This document shows positions 25,300-36,921 of a stretch of DNA of 64,000 nt, in pieces; position 1 is the stretch's first letter, and each line of letters starts with the position of its first letter. The notes under the pieces are model-generated. The model was not told where the DNA came from and did no database searches. It was given only the letters and a program-made list of their open reading frames with translations. Source of the DNA: Laetmonice hystrix (taxonomy: Eukaryota). The stretch spans positions 47,430,001 through 47,494,000 of the forward strand of contig OZ249436.1 of the NCBI GenBank assembly GCA_965235115.1, in the 5' to 3' direction. Both the position numbers and the translations under genes were made by a program.

Positions 25300-26258
25300 C
25301 TATCAAATGTCTACAGAACAAAATACTGAATCTGTTGGGAAGAACCCCATCAAATGTCAGCGTAAAATACTGAATCTCTCCAACAGGAAGAACCCCATCA
25401 AATGTCTCCAGCGTAAAATACTGAATCTCTCCAACAGGAAGAACCCCATCAAATGACTCCAGCGTAAAATACTGAATCTCTCCAACCAGGAAGAACCCCA
25501 TCAAATGTCTACAGCGTAAAATACTGAATCTCTCCAACCAGGAAGAACCCCATCAAATGTCTACAGCGTAAAATACTGAATCTCTCCAACCAGGAAGAAC
25601 CCCATCAAATGTCTACAGCGTAAAATACTGAATCTCTCCAACCAGGAAGAACCCCATCAAATGTCTCCAGGGTAAAATACTGAATCTCTCCAACAGGAAG
25701 AACCCCATCAAATGTCTCCAGCCTAAAATACTGAATCTCTCCAACAGGAAAACCCCCATCAAATGTCTCCAGCGTAAAATACTGAATCTCTCCACCAGGA
25801 AAAACCCCATCAAATGTCTACAGCGTAAAATACTGAATCTCTCCAACCAGGAAGAACCCCATCAAATGTCTACAGCGTAAAATACTGAATCTCTCCAACC
25901 AGGAAGAACCCCATCAAATGTCTACAGCGTAAAATACTGAATCTCTCCAGCCAGGAAGAACCCCATCAAATGTCTCCAGGGTAAAATACTGAATCTCTCC
26001 AACCAGGAAGAACCCCATCAAATGTCTCCAGGGTAAAATACTGAATCTCTCCAACAGGAAGAACCCCATCAAATGTCTCCAGCCTAAAATACTGAATCTC
26101 TCCAACAGGAAAACCCCCATCAAATGTCTCAAGCGTAAAATACTGAATCTCTCCAACCAGGAAGAACCCCATCAAATGACTCCAGCGTAAAATACTGAAT
26201 CTCTCCAACCAGGAAGAACCCCATGAAATGTCTCCAGCGTAAAATACTGAATCTCTCC
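25300..26258. repeat. 51/52-bp minisatellite, ~18 copies
   Basis: Unit atcaaatgtctacagcgtaaaatactgaatctctccaaccaggaagaacccc. Confidence 0.96.
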
Positions 26259-26693
26259 AAAAGGAATAACTCCCCCACTCTCCCAATTTCGTGTAAATGT
26301 ACCATGAAGATAACGTGCAGCGGTAAGAAAGTTTCCCCTGCCGGAACTTTCCGAGACACTTTGAGTTCGGGCCGCCTGGTGGCTCCCCCTGTCGACCAGA
26401 GGTCACGTTAGGCCAGGTTGAAGGTGAGGCTCTGGGGAGTCACGTGATGGCAGACACGTGGTCGGTTGTTCCTGTAATCGAATCGCCGCTCTAATCGTCG
26501 GGCCATTACAATCATGCTAACACGATCAACGGCCAGCTAATATCATTGGCGAGCAGATCCCGGGGCTGTGGGGGTTCGGGTCCTGATGAATTAGACTGCC
26601 GGCCGCTAGGGTGTAATCGGTGCGCCCCCCTCCCGATCTTACCCCGGGTCCGCTTCAACCCTTGGTATTCACACTCCAATCTGCTATCCTGAT

Positions 26694-26707
26694 GTTGCCA
26701 TGGTTAC
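26694..26707. promoter_or_regulatory. RFX X-box-like palindrome
   Basis: GTTGCCATGGTTAC versus consensus GTTGCCATGGCAAC. Similar sites at 5545-5558 and 9755-9768. Confidence 0.25.
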
Positions 26708-27216
26708 TGGTATCCAACACACCTTGGCATTTGATCCAACCTTGTGGAATTCATGTCAGCAGACGGGAAGGTGAGCGAAAATCGCCATTGAAACCATAAA
26801 AAAGGTCCATAATATCACAACCCAAGGTCATAACAACACACAACCTATGGTTGACGTTAACAGTCTACTTGAGGACGACAGGACCACACCGCAGGACTAT
26901 GGACAGGAAGCTGACAGAGAACACATTTGAGCAACATACACTTTCCTTGTACACGAGGTGGTCAATAAAGATAAACGTTTATTATCAAAGGCAATCCTAT
27001 TGTTACGGTATCTATCAGACTATGATGACCGGCCCACGGCTCACTAACGATGATCCCCAGTAAAACCTCTACCAATGTTCCCAGATCAGGGCTACCCCCG
27101 CCGTGACGTGTCTTAGAGTCCCTTCATTGAAACAGTGTTGGGAAGATGTCTCCAATATGGCGATCATCCGATGTCCGTGATCTGGAGAGTGACATTCTTA
27201 GTAAGACGGGCCCCAG

Positions 27217-27418
27217 GGGACCGTTTCAGTAACGGTGACATCCCCGCGACATCCCTGATTTGGGGACATCCCCACTCGAAGTGTTCCACTAAAATGTCCC
27301 TCCTAGGGACATCCCCAATTCAGGCAATGTTAATTTCAAGGACATTTTAATGAAACGGGATGTCTCTGAATCGTGGATGTCCCCACTTGGGCATGTCCTC
27401 GCTTAGTGAAACGGGCCC
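27217..27418. mobile_element. 202-bp Harbinger-like MITE with CAG target duplication
   Basis: cag|GGGACCGTTTCAGTAA...TTAGTGAAACGGGCCC|cag, with internal gacatcccc / gggatgtc repeats. Confidence 0.7.
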
Positions 27419-28017
27419 CAGGTGCCCACCCCTCCAATCCCCCAACCCTCTCCAGGCACCCACCAACCCCTCCAGCACCCCACCTCTCTATCCCCCTGGC
27501 CTGCACCCCAAGGCCCCCTCTGCGGAACTGGCTTCCCATTATGACTAGCCCTTTGGGGCTGGCTTCCCCATATGGCTTATTTCAGCGTCTGTTATAAAAA
27601 CAGGCCTTTCATCCAGCTTGGCCCGCAGCTACTGTCACTCCAGACAGGCCAGACTCCAATCACCCCAAGTTAGTGTTCTCAGAGTCTGGAAGCGGTCTGC
27701 TATTAGCCTCATTAAAATCATGTCAAAGAATCCATAAAATGATGACGCTTGGCGGAGAGCATCTTCTCCTCGTTATCAAATCCTTTCAATGAGAAATACT
27801 TCACGAGCAGCTGTGGTAGAATACGACGGAGGCGCCACCTGGCCACCGGAGCGCCCTCTTACGGCGGTCAAGATGTCAGGGAAGTCGGTAATCACCGACC
27901 TTTGTGAACTGATTGGCTGTCTAATAACTTCCAAGGTCCCAACGGCTCTTCTCAAAACGACCCAAAGATTAAGTCCCCACCCTGAGGACATCTTACCCGC
28001 CGACTGCCCCCAACTAC

Positions 28018-28618
28018 ACATCCGTACGTGTACGCCGGGGTGGAGGACATCCGTACGTGTACGCCGGGGTGGAGGACATCCGTACGTGTACGCCGGGGTG
28101 GAGGACATCCGTACGTGTACGCCGGGGTGGTGGACATCCGTACGTGTACGCCGGGGTGGAGGACATCCGTACGTGTACGCCGGGGTGGAGGACATCCGTA
28201 CGTGTACGCCGGGGTGGAGGACATCCGTACGTGTACGCCGGGGTGGAGGACATCCGTACGTGTACGCCGGGGTGGAGGACATCCGTACGTGTACGCCGGG
28301 GTGGAGGACATCCGTACGTGTACGCCGGGGTGGAGGACATCCGTACGTGTACGCCGGGGTGGAGGACATCCGTACGTGTACGCCGGGGTGGAGGACATCC
28401 GTACGTGTACGCCGGGGTGGTGGACATCCGTATGTGTACGCCGGGCTGGAGGGGGAGGGGGCACATCCGTACGTGTACGCCGGGGTGGAGGACATCCGTA
28501 CGTGTACGCCGGGGTGGAGGACATCCGTACGTGTACGCCGGGGTGGAGGACATCCGTACGTGTACGCCGGGGTGGGGGGGGGGGGGCACATCCGTACGTG
28601 TACGCCGGGGTGGAGGAC
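28018..28618. repeat. 29-bp CpG-rich minisatellite, ~20 copies
   Basis: Unit catccgtacgtgtacgccggggtggagga. Confidence 0.96.
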
Positions 28619-30546
28619 AACTCCGGACTACCGGACAGGTTGTTCTGGGGGGGGGGGGGGGAATCAGGGGATTTCTAATTAAGTGGGGACAGTCGGCGAC
28701 TAAACAATCGCAAAGTGTATGCCGGGCTGAGCGCCAAGATTACACCACTGCCTGATTATCTCACCTGTTCCATTTTGCGGTCGTGCTGCCATTTCATCAA
28801 AACATAACTGTGTGTGTAATATTTGTCTCCTACTGTCCCATCACGTCGTCATCGTATCATCTATCAACATTGGAAACTATAAATAGACTGTGACAGCAAC
28901 TCGTTACAGGCCCAGGTAACGTAGGTTGCCATAGTGATGAAAATATCGGTATAATCTGATGTATTTTTTGAACGGCCCCTTGACGTTAACAATGTTGTAG
29001 ATCAAAGTAAAAGGGGCCGTCTCATAGATTACCACTGCCGCATCACCAAATCAAATGGGTGATCTGTCTCGATGTGATCGCTCAAATTGATACTGATCCT
29101 CAATGAATGTCCGACTCGTCGTCACACCGTGTGGTATCTACGAGAAGTGGTATTCTAATATTGACATGGTCCAGGCGATAGACGGCCATTTAACCCTGGC
29201 ATATTGTCATAGTGACTGACATACCGGCATGACGACTATCAAAACCGACCTATCATCATCCATCTTTACACGAGGTTATATCAAATAACGACATCCGGGT
29301 CGTACTGATTGTCGTCCAGCGTGGTTTAATACCGAGTACTCATCTCCTCCACCAACCACGTGTCAGTGTCCGGGGGGGGGGGGGGGGTTGTGGATCACCA
29401 ACCACGTGCCAGTGTCCGGGGGGGGTGTCTGTGGAGGGGTGGGCGGGGGTGGGGGCTGGCCCCCAGGAGACCCAGATAAATCATCAAGCTGTTATTCTTG
29501 TATAAAAAAAAAATTTTTTGAATTTTTTCTGTTGGTATATCTACTGTAGGATAAGTGGATTCTGCATTATGTGCGGAGCGTACGGAGGTATCCAATCCCC
29601 AACCCCTTTGGTCCTTCGTCCCCTTCCTGCTCTCAAGGTCGGGGGGGGGGTCTTGATCTCCCCCCTGGGTGTCTCCAGTCAAACATATTAAGGTTGACCC
29701 GACGGGTGCCGATAGCTTCCCTCATCACGGCCATCTAGACGATCCGGGCTGAGAACCCCCCGGCCCCCAGCCCCCCGGCCCCCCGCCCCCCCCCCCCCAC
29801 CAACCTGACCTATAATCTGCACCCACTATGTGTTGAGCAAACAATCTGTCAGCATTACTCACAGCGAGTGGATCTATAACCGCGTGGTTCACGCATGAAC
29901 AGGACCCAATAACAATGGTCTCTGTGCCGCCATCCGATAGACAATACCTCCGCCCCACCCCACCACCACCCCACCCCCACCCCCACCCCCACCCCACCAC
30001 CCCATTACACCCGTTATACACGGAATCCATCAGCGCCACCCACCAGCCTAATATGATGTTTAAGATGAGCGACCATCTTTGCGGCGCTGCCGGCGGTGGG
30101 GATGGGCCATCAGAGACCAGCGAGATGGCCCACTGAATGACAGCAGTTACGACCACAGCACGGGCCACCGCCACAATATGAGCCATGTCTTGATGGATGT
30201 GTGGCTTGTTTTATCGTATGTCATGCACGCTCACAGTCCGTAATGGCTGTTTGCTGTGACCCTGCCAGTTGACCCCTGGAGTGACCCCCTGACCCCGGGG
30301 GTGTAGATCAGCTCGGGCCAGCCCTGACCCCTGGTTGGGTCTGGTTGATGAGATCGACTTTTTGTTGCTGTGATGGCCGTTGTCATTTGTCGGTTTTCAA
30401 TAACGAGGTACGGTGAATGAATGGGCGGGGGCGTTTTGATGTTTGGAGGGTCCAGCTGGGCACGGTAAGCGAGGACAGATGGGCACAGTAAGAGGGGACA
30501 GATGGGCAAGTCATAAACAATAACTCAGCCACCAGCCCCAGTCCGG

Positions 30547-31422
30547 CTACCGAGTGGTCCAACTGTACAGGTACCGAGTGGTCCACCTGTACAGGTACCT
30601 AGTGATCCATCTGTACAGGTACCGAGTGGTCCATCTGTACAGGTACCGAGTGGTCCATCTGTACAGGTACAGAGTGATCCATCTGTACAGGTACCGAGTG
30701 GTCCATCTGTACAGGTACCGAGTGGTCCATCTGTACAGGTACAGAGTGATCCATCTGTACAGGTACCGAGTGGTCCATCTGTACAGGTACCGAGTGGTCC
30801 ATCTGTACAGGTACAGAGTGATCCATCTGTACAGGTACAGAGTGATCCATCTGTACAGGTACCGAGTGGTCCATCTGTACAGGTACAGAGTGATCCATCT
30901 GTACAGGTACCGAGTGGTCCATCTGTACAGGTACCGAGTGGTCCATCTGTACAGGTACAGAGTGATCCATCTGTACAGGTACCGAGTGGTCCATCTGTAC
31001 AGGTACCGAGTGGTCCATCTGTACAGGTACAGAGTGGTCCATCTGTACAGGTACCGAGTGGTCCATCTGTACAGGTACCGAGTGATCCATCTGTACAGGT
31101 ACCGAGTGGTCCATCTGTACAGGTACCGAGTGATCCATCTGTACAGGTACCGAGTGGTCCATCTGTACAGGTACCGAGTGGTCCATCTGTACAGGTACAG
31201 AGTGGTCCATCTGTACAGGTACCGAGTGGTCCATCTGTACAGGTACAGAGTGGTCCATCTGTACAGGTACAGAGTGATCCATCTGTACAGGTACCGAGTG
31301 GTCCATCTGTACAGGTACAGAGTGATCCATCTGTACAGGTACCGAGTGGTCCAACTGTACAGGTACCGTGTGGTCCATCTGTACAGGTACCGAGTGGTCC
31401 ATCTGTACAGGTACCGAGTGGT
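30547..31422. repeat. 24-bp minisatellite, ~36 copies
   Basis: Unit gagtggtccatctgtacaggtacc. Confidence 0.97.
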
Positions 31423-31483
31423 TCAAAAAAACGACTGACGCTGTGTTATAAGTTATCCACAATGGTCATGTCTGAAGTGAGCT

Positions 31484-32285
31484 CTCTGAACCAGTTTGAT
31501 CGGTAGCTCTCCCAACCAGTTTGATTGGTATCTCTCAACCAGTTTGTTTGGTATCTCTCTCAACCAGTTTTATTGGTATCTCTCTCAACCAGTTTGATTG
31601 CTAACTCTCTCAATCAGTTTGTTGGGTATATCTCTCTCAACCCGTTTGATTGGCATTTCTCTCAACCAGTTTGATTGGTATCTCTCAACCCGTTTGATTG
31701 GTCGCTCTCAACCAGTTTGATTGGTATCTCTCAACCCGTTTGATTGGTATCTCTCAACCCATTTGATCGGTATCTCTCAACCCGTTTGATTGGTAGCTCT
31801 CAACCAGTTTGATTGGTAGCTCTCAACTAGTTTGATTGGTAGCTCTCACAACCAGTTTGATTGGTATCTCTCAGCCAGTTTGATTAGTATCTCTCTCAAC
31901 CAGTTTGATTGGTATCTCTCAACCCGTTTGATTGGTATCTCTCAACCCATTTGATTGGTATCTCTCAACCCGTTTTATTAGTATCTCTCGCAACTAGTGT
32001 GATTGGTATCTCTCAACCAGTTTGATTGGTATCTCTCAACCAGTTTGATTGGTATCTCTCAACCAGTTTGATTAGTATCTCTCTCAACCAGTTTGATTAG
32101 TATCTCTCAACCCGTTTGATTGGTAGCTCTCAAATAGTTTGATTGGTAGCTCTCAACCAGTTTGATTGGTAGCTCTCACAACCAGTTTGATTAGTATCTC
32201 TCTCAACCCGTTTGATTGGTATCTCTCAACCCGTTTGATTGGTATCTCTCAACCAGTTTGATTGGTCTCTCAAACAGTTTGATTG
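31484..32285. repeat. ~23-bp minisatellite
   Basis: Unit ctcaaccagtttgattggtatct, with a variable CT tract. Confidence 0.95.
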
Positions 32286-33584
32286 CTTCCTCATTGAACC
32301 ATAATTTCCTCATCAAGTAAACATCCTCTCTGAAAAGAAACCACTAAACAACGATTGATGATTATACTGTTATTGAACTAATGTATGCAAACATAAACTT
32401 CCCTGAAGTCGTTAGCATTAGACAGCTATCAATTAATCAGAGTATTTCTCCAATCCTGAACCTCTGCACACAATGAACAGACCGTTGTTTATGTTTACTT
32501 AGTCTAATGATAACAATCTTACACCGTTATTCCCGCAGTTTCTCTGAGTTATCCTGAAGAAATCAATCATTGTGTTCACAGTATCTCTACCTCCCGGTAT
32601 GATCAATGAACACTTCACACTGCCGGCTCCATCAAGGCTGTCTCATCCATTTCTAATTGTCCCAGGCACCCCCCCCCCTCCACACCCTCACACTCAGATT
32701 CGTTTCCCGGACAAGGTGACAGCCCCGGGGTAGAACTTCACCCAGCGCCGGGCCCGTCCTACAAACATCAACATGTCCCGGGGAAGTACGGAGGACGGCC
32801 GACGTAAAGATCTCCTCAAAACGCTTTGATAGAGACGGCCCCAGGCGAAGAGAGCCCAGGGTTGTTACTGGTCGGTTCTCAATCTCAGGAGGTTAGTCGT
32901 GTAACCAGTGGGTGTGAACTGTCATCATTGAACCCAAACCCTTCAGGTTTCAATCCAATCGGCAAGCTATTTTAAACCACGCACCTCCAGCTATTTTCTC
33001 ATATTAGTGAATAGAACTTCAAAACCGTCGTCCTTGCCACCCACAATCATGATTTTCGTGGTATACAAATTTTAAAGATTCTATGAATTAATATAATCAT
33101 CGGAGTATCATTAATACCTGAGAGGAATGCTCCCCAGATTTCTGTCACAAATGAAATCCCGGGAAACGCCTGACGGCAGATTAGATGAAAATGCCATCAC
33201 ATGGGATGAATTGGACCTTAATTTGGGAGTAGAAAAGAGTGACCGTTTAAAACGGTTGGGGAGGCTGAGGTTTGGCCTTTGTCTCGCCTCATTAGCGGAG
33301 GTTTATCTCGACGTGTTTGTGCTGTTAGCACCTCCTTACAACCACATCACACCCAGACTGTACGTGTCCCTCCGCCACCTACCACAAATAGATCCTGCTG
33401 ACGGTGACAACGTTAAATCTACCACCGACGTCTTCCTCTATCAGCTGTTTCTTCAAATAAATCCCCACAAAAATAATCTCTAGGGAAAGCGTTAGTTATG
33501 TCGTCAGATCCCCCTTGATGGCAGTAAACGGGTGTACTGTAGCTAATCGGGTTAGAGTTAGACGTGTTGCCGCCAGGAGGGGAT

Positions 33585-34618
33585 GGTGTGCTGAAGCCGG
33601 TCTGATCCAACCCTAATGACACGTGCTGTAGATGGTTGATCCCCCCGGGCCTCACCCTTGTTGTGCTGAAGCCGGTCTGATCCAACCCTACTGACACGGT
33701 TTACTGTAGAAGGTTGATCCCCCCCCCGGGCATCACCCTTGTTGTGCTGAAGCCGGTCTGATACAACCCTACTGACACGGTTTACTGTAGAAGGTTGATC
33801 CCCCCCCCCCGGGCCTCACCCTTGTTGTGCTGAAGCCGGTCTGATCCAACCCTACTGACACGGTTTACTGTAGAAGGTTGATCCCCCCCCCGGGCCTCAC
33901 CCTTGTTGTGCTGAAGCCGGTCTGATCCAACCCTACTGACACGGTTTACTGTAGATGGTTGATCCCCCCCCGGGCCTCACCCTTGTTGTGCTGAAGCCGG
34001 TCTGATCCAACCCTACTGACACGGTTTACTATAGAAGGTTGATCCCCCGGGCCTCACCCTTGTTGTGCTGGAGCCGGTCTGATCCAACCCTACTGACACG
34101 GTTCACTGTAGATGGTTGATCCCCCCGGCCTCACCCTTGTTGTGCTGAAGCCGGTCTGATCCAACCCTACTGACACGGTTCACTGTAGAAGGTTGATCCC
34201 CCGGGGCCTCACCCTTGTTGTGCTGAAGCCGGTTTGATCCAACCCTACTGACACGGTTCACTGTAGAAGGTTGATCCCCCGGGGCCTCACCCTTGTTGTG
34301 CTGAAGCCGGTCTGATCCAACCCTACTGACACGGTTTACTGTAGAAGGTTGATCCCCCCGGGCCTCACCCTTGTTGTGTTGAAGCCGGTCTGATCCAACC
34401 CTACTGACACGGTTTACTGTAGATGGTTGATCCCCCCCGGGCCTCACCCTTGTTGTGCTGAAGCCGGTCTGATCCAACCCTACTGACACGGTTCACTGTA
34501 GAAGGTTGATCCCCCGGGGCCTCACCCTTGTTGTGCTGAAGCCGGTCTGATCCAACCCTACTGACACGGTTTAAAGCTGTAGAAGGTTGACCCCCCCCCC
34601 CCCCGGGCCTCACCCTTA
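33585..34618. repeat. ~80-bp minisatellite, ~13 copies
   Basis: Unit (c)n-gggcctcacccttgttgtgctgaagccggtctgatccaaccctactgacacggtttactgtagaaggttgat. Confidence 0.95.
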
Positions 34619-34900
34619 TTGCCCTTTTCGGGAAGCACCCAGAAAGTTTAGACATGTGACAATTGCCCCGAGTGAGACGATGGCATGCTCAGCTCGATCC
34701 CGGGTGCTGGTTTCACGGAACATCAATCTGACTCTGGTTGGTCTATAACACGGTGACACGTTATGGAATCGTAACACGACAGACTGCTATCAAATGATAT
34801 TAATATCATAGTCTCAGGCCGCAAACATATATTTAAATCTCACTAAGTGGAACTTGGTGCACGTATCAGTTCGTAATCTGCGCCTTAACTTCTGTCTTAA

Positions 34901-35179
34901 NNNNNNNNNNNNNNNNNNNNNNNNNNNNNNNNNNNNNNNNNNNNNNNNNNNNNNNNNNNNNNNNNNNNNNNNNNNNNNNNNNNNNNNNNNNNNNNNNNNN
35001 NNNNNNNNNNNNNNNNNNNNNNNNNNNNNNNNNNNNNNNNNNNNNNNNNNNNNNNNNNNNNNNNNNNNNNNNNNNNNNNNNNNNNNNNNNNNNNNNNNNN
35101 NNNNNNNNNNNNNNNNNNNNNNNNNNNNNNNNNNNNNNNNNNNNNNNNNNNNNNNNNNNNNNNNNNNNNNNNNNNNNNN
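34901..35179. other. Assembly gap (279 N)
   Basis: Run of N followed by GA-rich simple sequence. Contiguity across it is unproven. Confidence 0.99.
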
Positions 35180-35453
35180 GAGGAAGAGAGAACGAGAGAG
35201 AACGAGAGAGGAAGAGAGAGCGACAGGGAGAACGCCAGAGACCGACTCAATCTTGAAGACGACAGAGTCGATTTCAGCAACGTTTTAAAGTATCTGTTGG
35301 CGCTCAGTCTCAGCATAGAATGATGAAGATTGTTTTCGTTTCACATCGTGTCGGAAGGCCACGTACCCGGGTTCGATTTTAATATTACTCGGGTCATCTT
35401 TTTCATTTTCATTGCCACAAGTTGTCATCAGTGACCCTATGACCTTTCCAATT

Positions 35454-35574
35454 TATCATCTCAAAGAAACGTATCACCTTTCCAATGTATCATCTCAAAG
35501 TAACGTATCACCTGTCCAACGTATCATCTCAAAGTAACGTATCTCCTGTCCAATGTATCACCTCAAGGAAACCA
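35454..35574. repeat. 34-bp tandem repeat, ~3.5 copies
   Basis: Unit tatcatctcaaagtaacgtatcacctgtccaatg. Confidence 0.85.
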
Positions 35575-35953
35575 TCACTGTATCCGACCTGCAAATGTAC
35601 GACGATCATCTGACGTTTTGACGACTTCCCTGACTAAAAATACAACGACGGCCTGGCACTTCCCTTCACATAAACCGTGCCTTCCCAAAGACCGCTGCCA
35701 CCCTGAATGACATAAGATGACTCGTACAGAAATAATGGCTTATGTTTGTGGGAGGGGAGTGTGTGCCCCTGGATATCTGTGTAACGTACGGGGTGTTGGT
35801 CCTGTACCCCGCACCTTCTCCAATACAACACCCCGTCATTGCTTCTTTTTACCCTGATTCTATCCATACTGAACAAACCTTGCCATTCCCCCCTTACAAA
35901 CATACGGAAATATTTGAAATGTGACATCCACTCACTTCCTGAATAATAATGGA

Positions 35954-36440
35954 GGTCAAGGAAGGTCACCTGTAATCTAACCGTTTTGTGTGACACAAGT
36001 TACAGTAAGTCAAGGAAGGTCACCTGTAATCTAACCGTTTTGTGTGACACAAGTTACAGTAAGCCAAGGAAGGTCACCTGTAATCTAACCGTTTTGTGTG
36101 ACACAAGTTACAGTAAGTCAAGGAAGATCACCTGTAATCTAACCGTTTTGTGTGACACAAGTTACAGTAAGTCAAGGAAGGTCACCTGTAATCTAACCGT
36201 TTTGTGTGACACAAGTTACAGTAAGTCAAGGAAGATCACCTGTAATCTAACCGTTTTGTGTGACACAAGTTACAGTAAGTCAAGGAAGGTCACCTGTAAT
36301 CTAACCGTTTTGTGTGACACAAGTTACAGTAAGTCAAGGAAGGTCACCTGTAATCTAACCGTTTTGTGTGACACAAGTTACAGTAAGTCAAGGAAGGTCA
36401 CCTGTAATCTAACCGTTTTGTGTGACACAAGTTACAGTAA
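35954..36440. repeat. 54-bp minisatellite x9, nearly perfect
   Basis: Unit gtcaaggaaggtcacctgtaatctaaccgttttgtgtgacacaagttacagtaa. Confidence 0.97.
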
Positions 36441-36839
36441 AATCCTCTGATTATTTCTCATCACCAGTTTGTAACACGATCTGATGAAGCCAGGGTTTAA
36501 GCTGCTTCCATCTATTTCAGGACCACGGCAAGGATCTGTCCGCGATTCTTGTTGAGTGCTACGGCTAATATTCGTATAATTACCCACCAACAGCCAGTGC
36601 CACGATCCTCATGGCCATCGTCCGCGAATAGTTTGTTCACCGACTTTAAAAGGTCACCGACTCTTTTCATTTCAAGTTAATGTCCAAAGGTTCGCCTTGT
36701 CAATAGAAAGGTAAAAACCTTATTTCTAATAATCACAGACGGGCCACAAGATTCATCAGATTTATAGCTATGTATGTTCATATTGATTCTAATTACAAAT
36801 GACCGAAAATTGAACTGCGTCAAACGGATACGTCGATTT

Positions 36840-36921
36840 GATTATCCTATATATAATATAGGATAATCAGATCCTATATAATATAGGATAATATAGGATC
36901 TGATTATCCTATATTATATAT
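36840..36921. repeat. Nested AT-rich inverted repeat
   Basis: 36849-36879 is the exact reverse complement of 36891-36921. Confidence 0.9.

Noticed and set aside
26580-26600. CTGATGA hammerhead-like cores (also 16975, 24921, 36481, 42828)
   Set aside because: None is followed by stem II and GAAA in the required arrangement.
27776-28755. Six overlapping 190-300 aa ORFs
   Set aside because: All derive from the 29-bp array.
28765-28792. Possible alternative first coding exon MAARPQNGT (phase 1, cag|gtgaga)
   Set aside because: Only phase compatibility and a fair start context support it; several equally good candidates exist.
29725-30186. 153-aa minus-strand ORF
   Set aside because: Low-complexity G/C runs, no convincing splice borders and no homology.
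30554-31462. (YRYRVVHL)n and (DHSVPVQM)n ORFs
   Set aside because: A 24-bp repeat that is open on both strands; no unique flanking coding signal.
35740-35850. Possible decayed RT fragment (YGV...GP...FSNTTP)
   Set aside because: Needs several indels to match GVPQGSVLGP; cannot be supported without an alignment.
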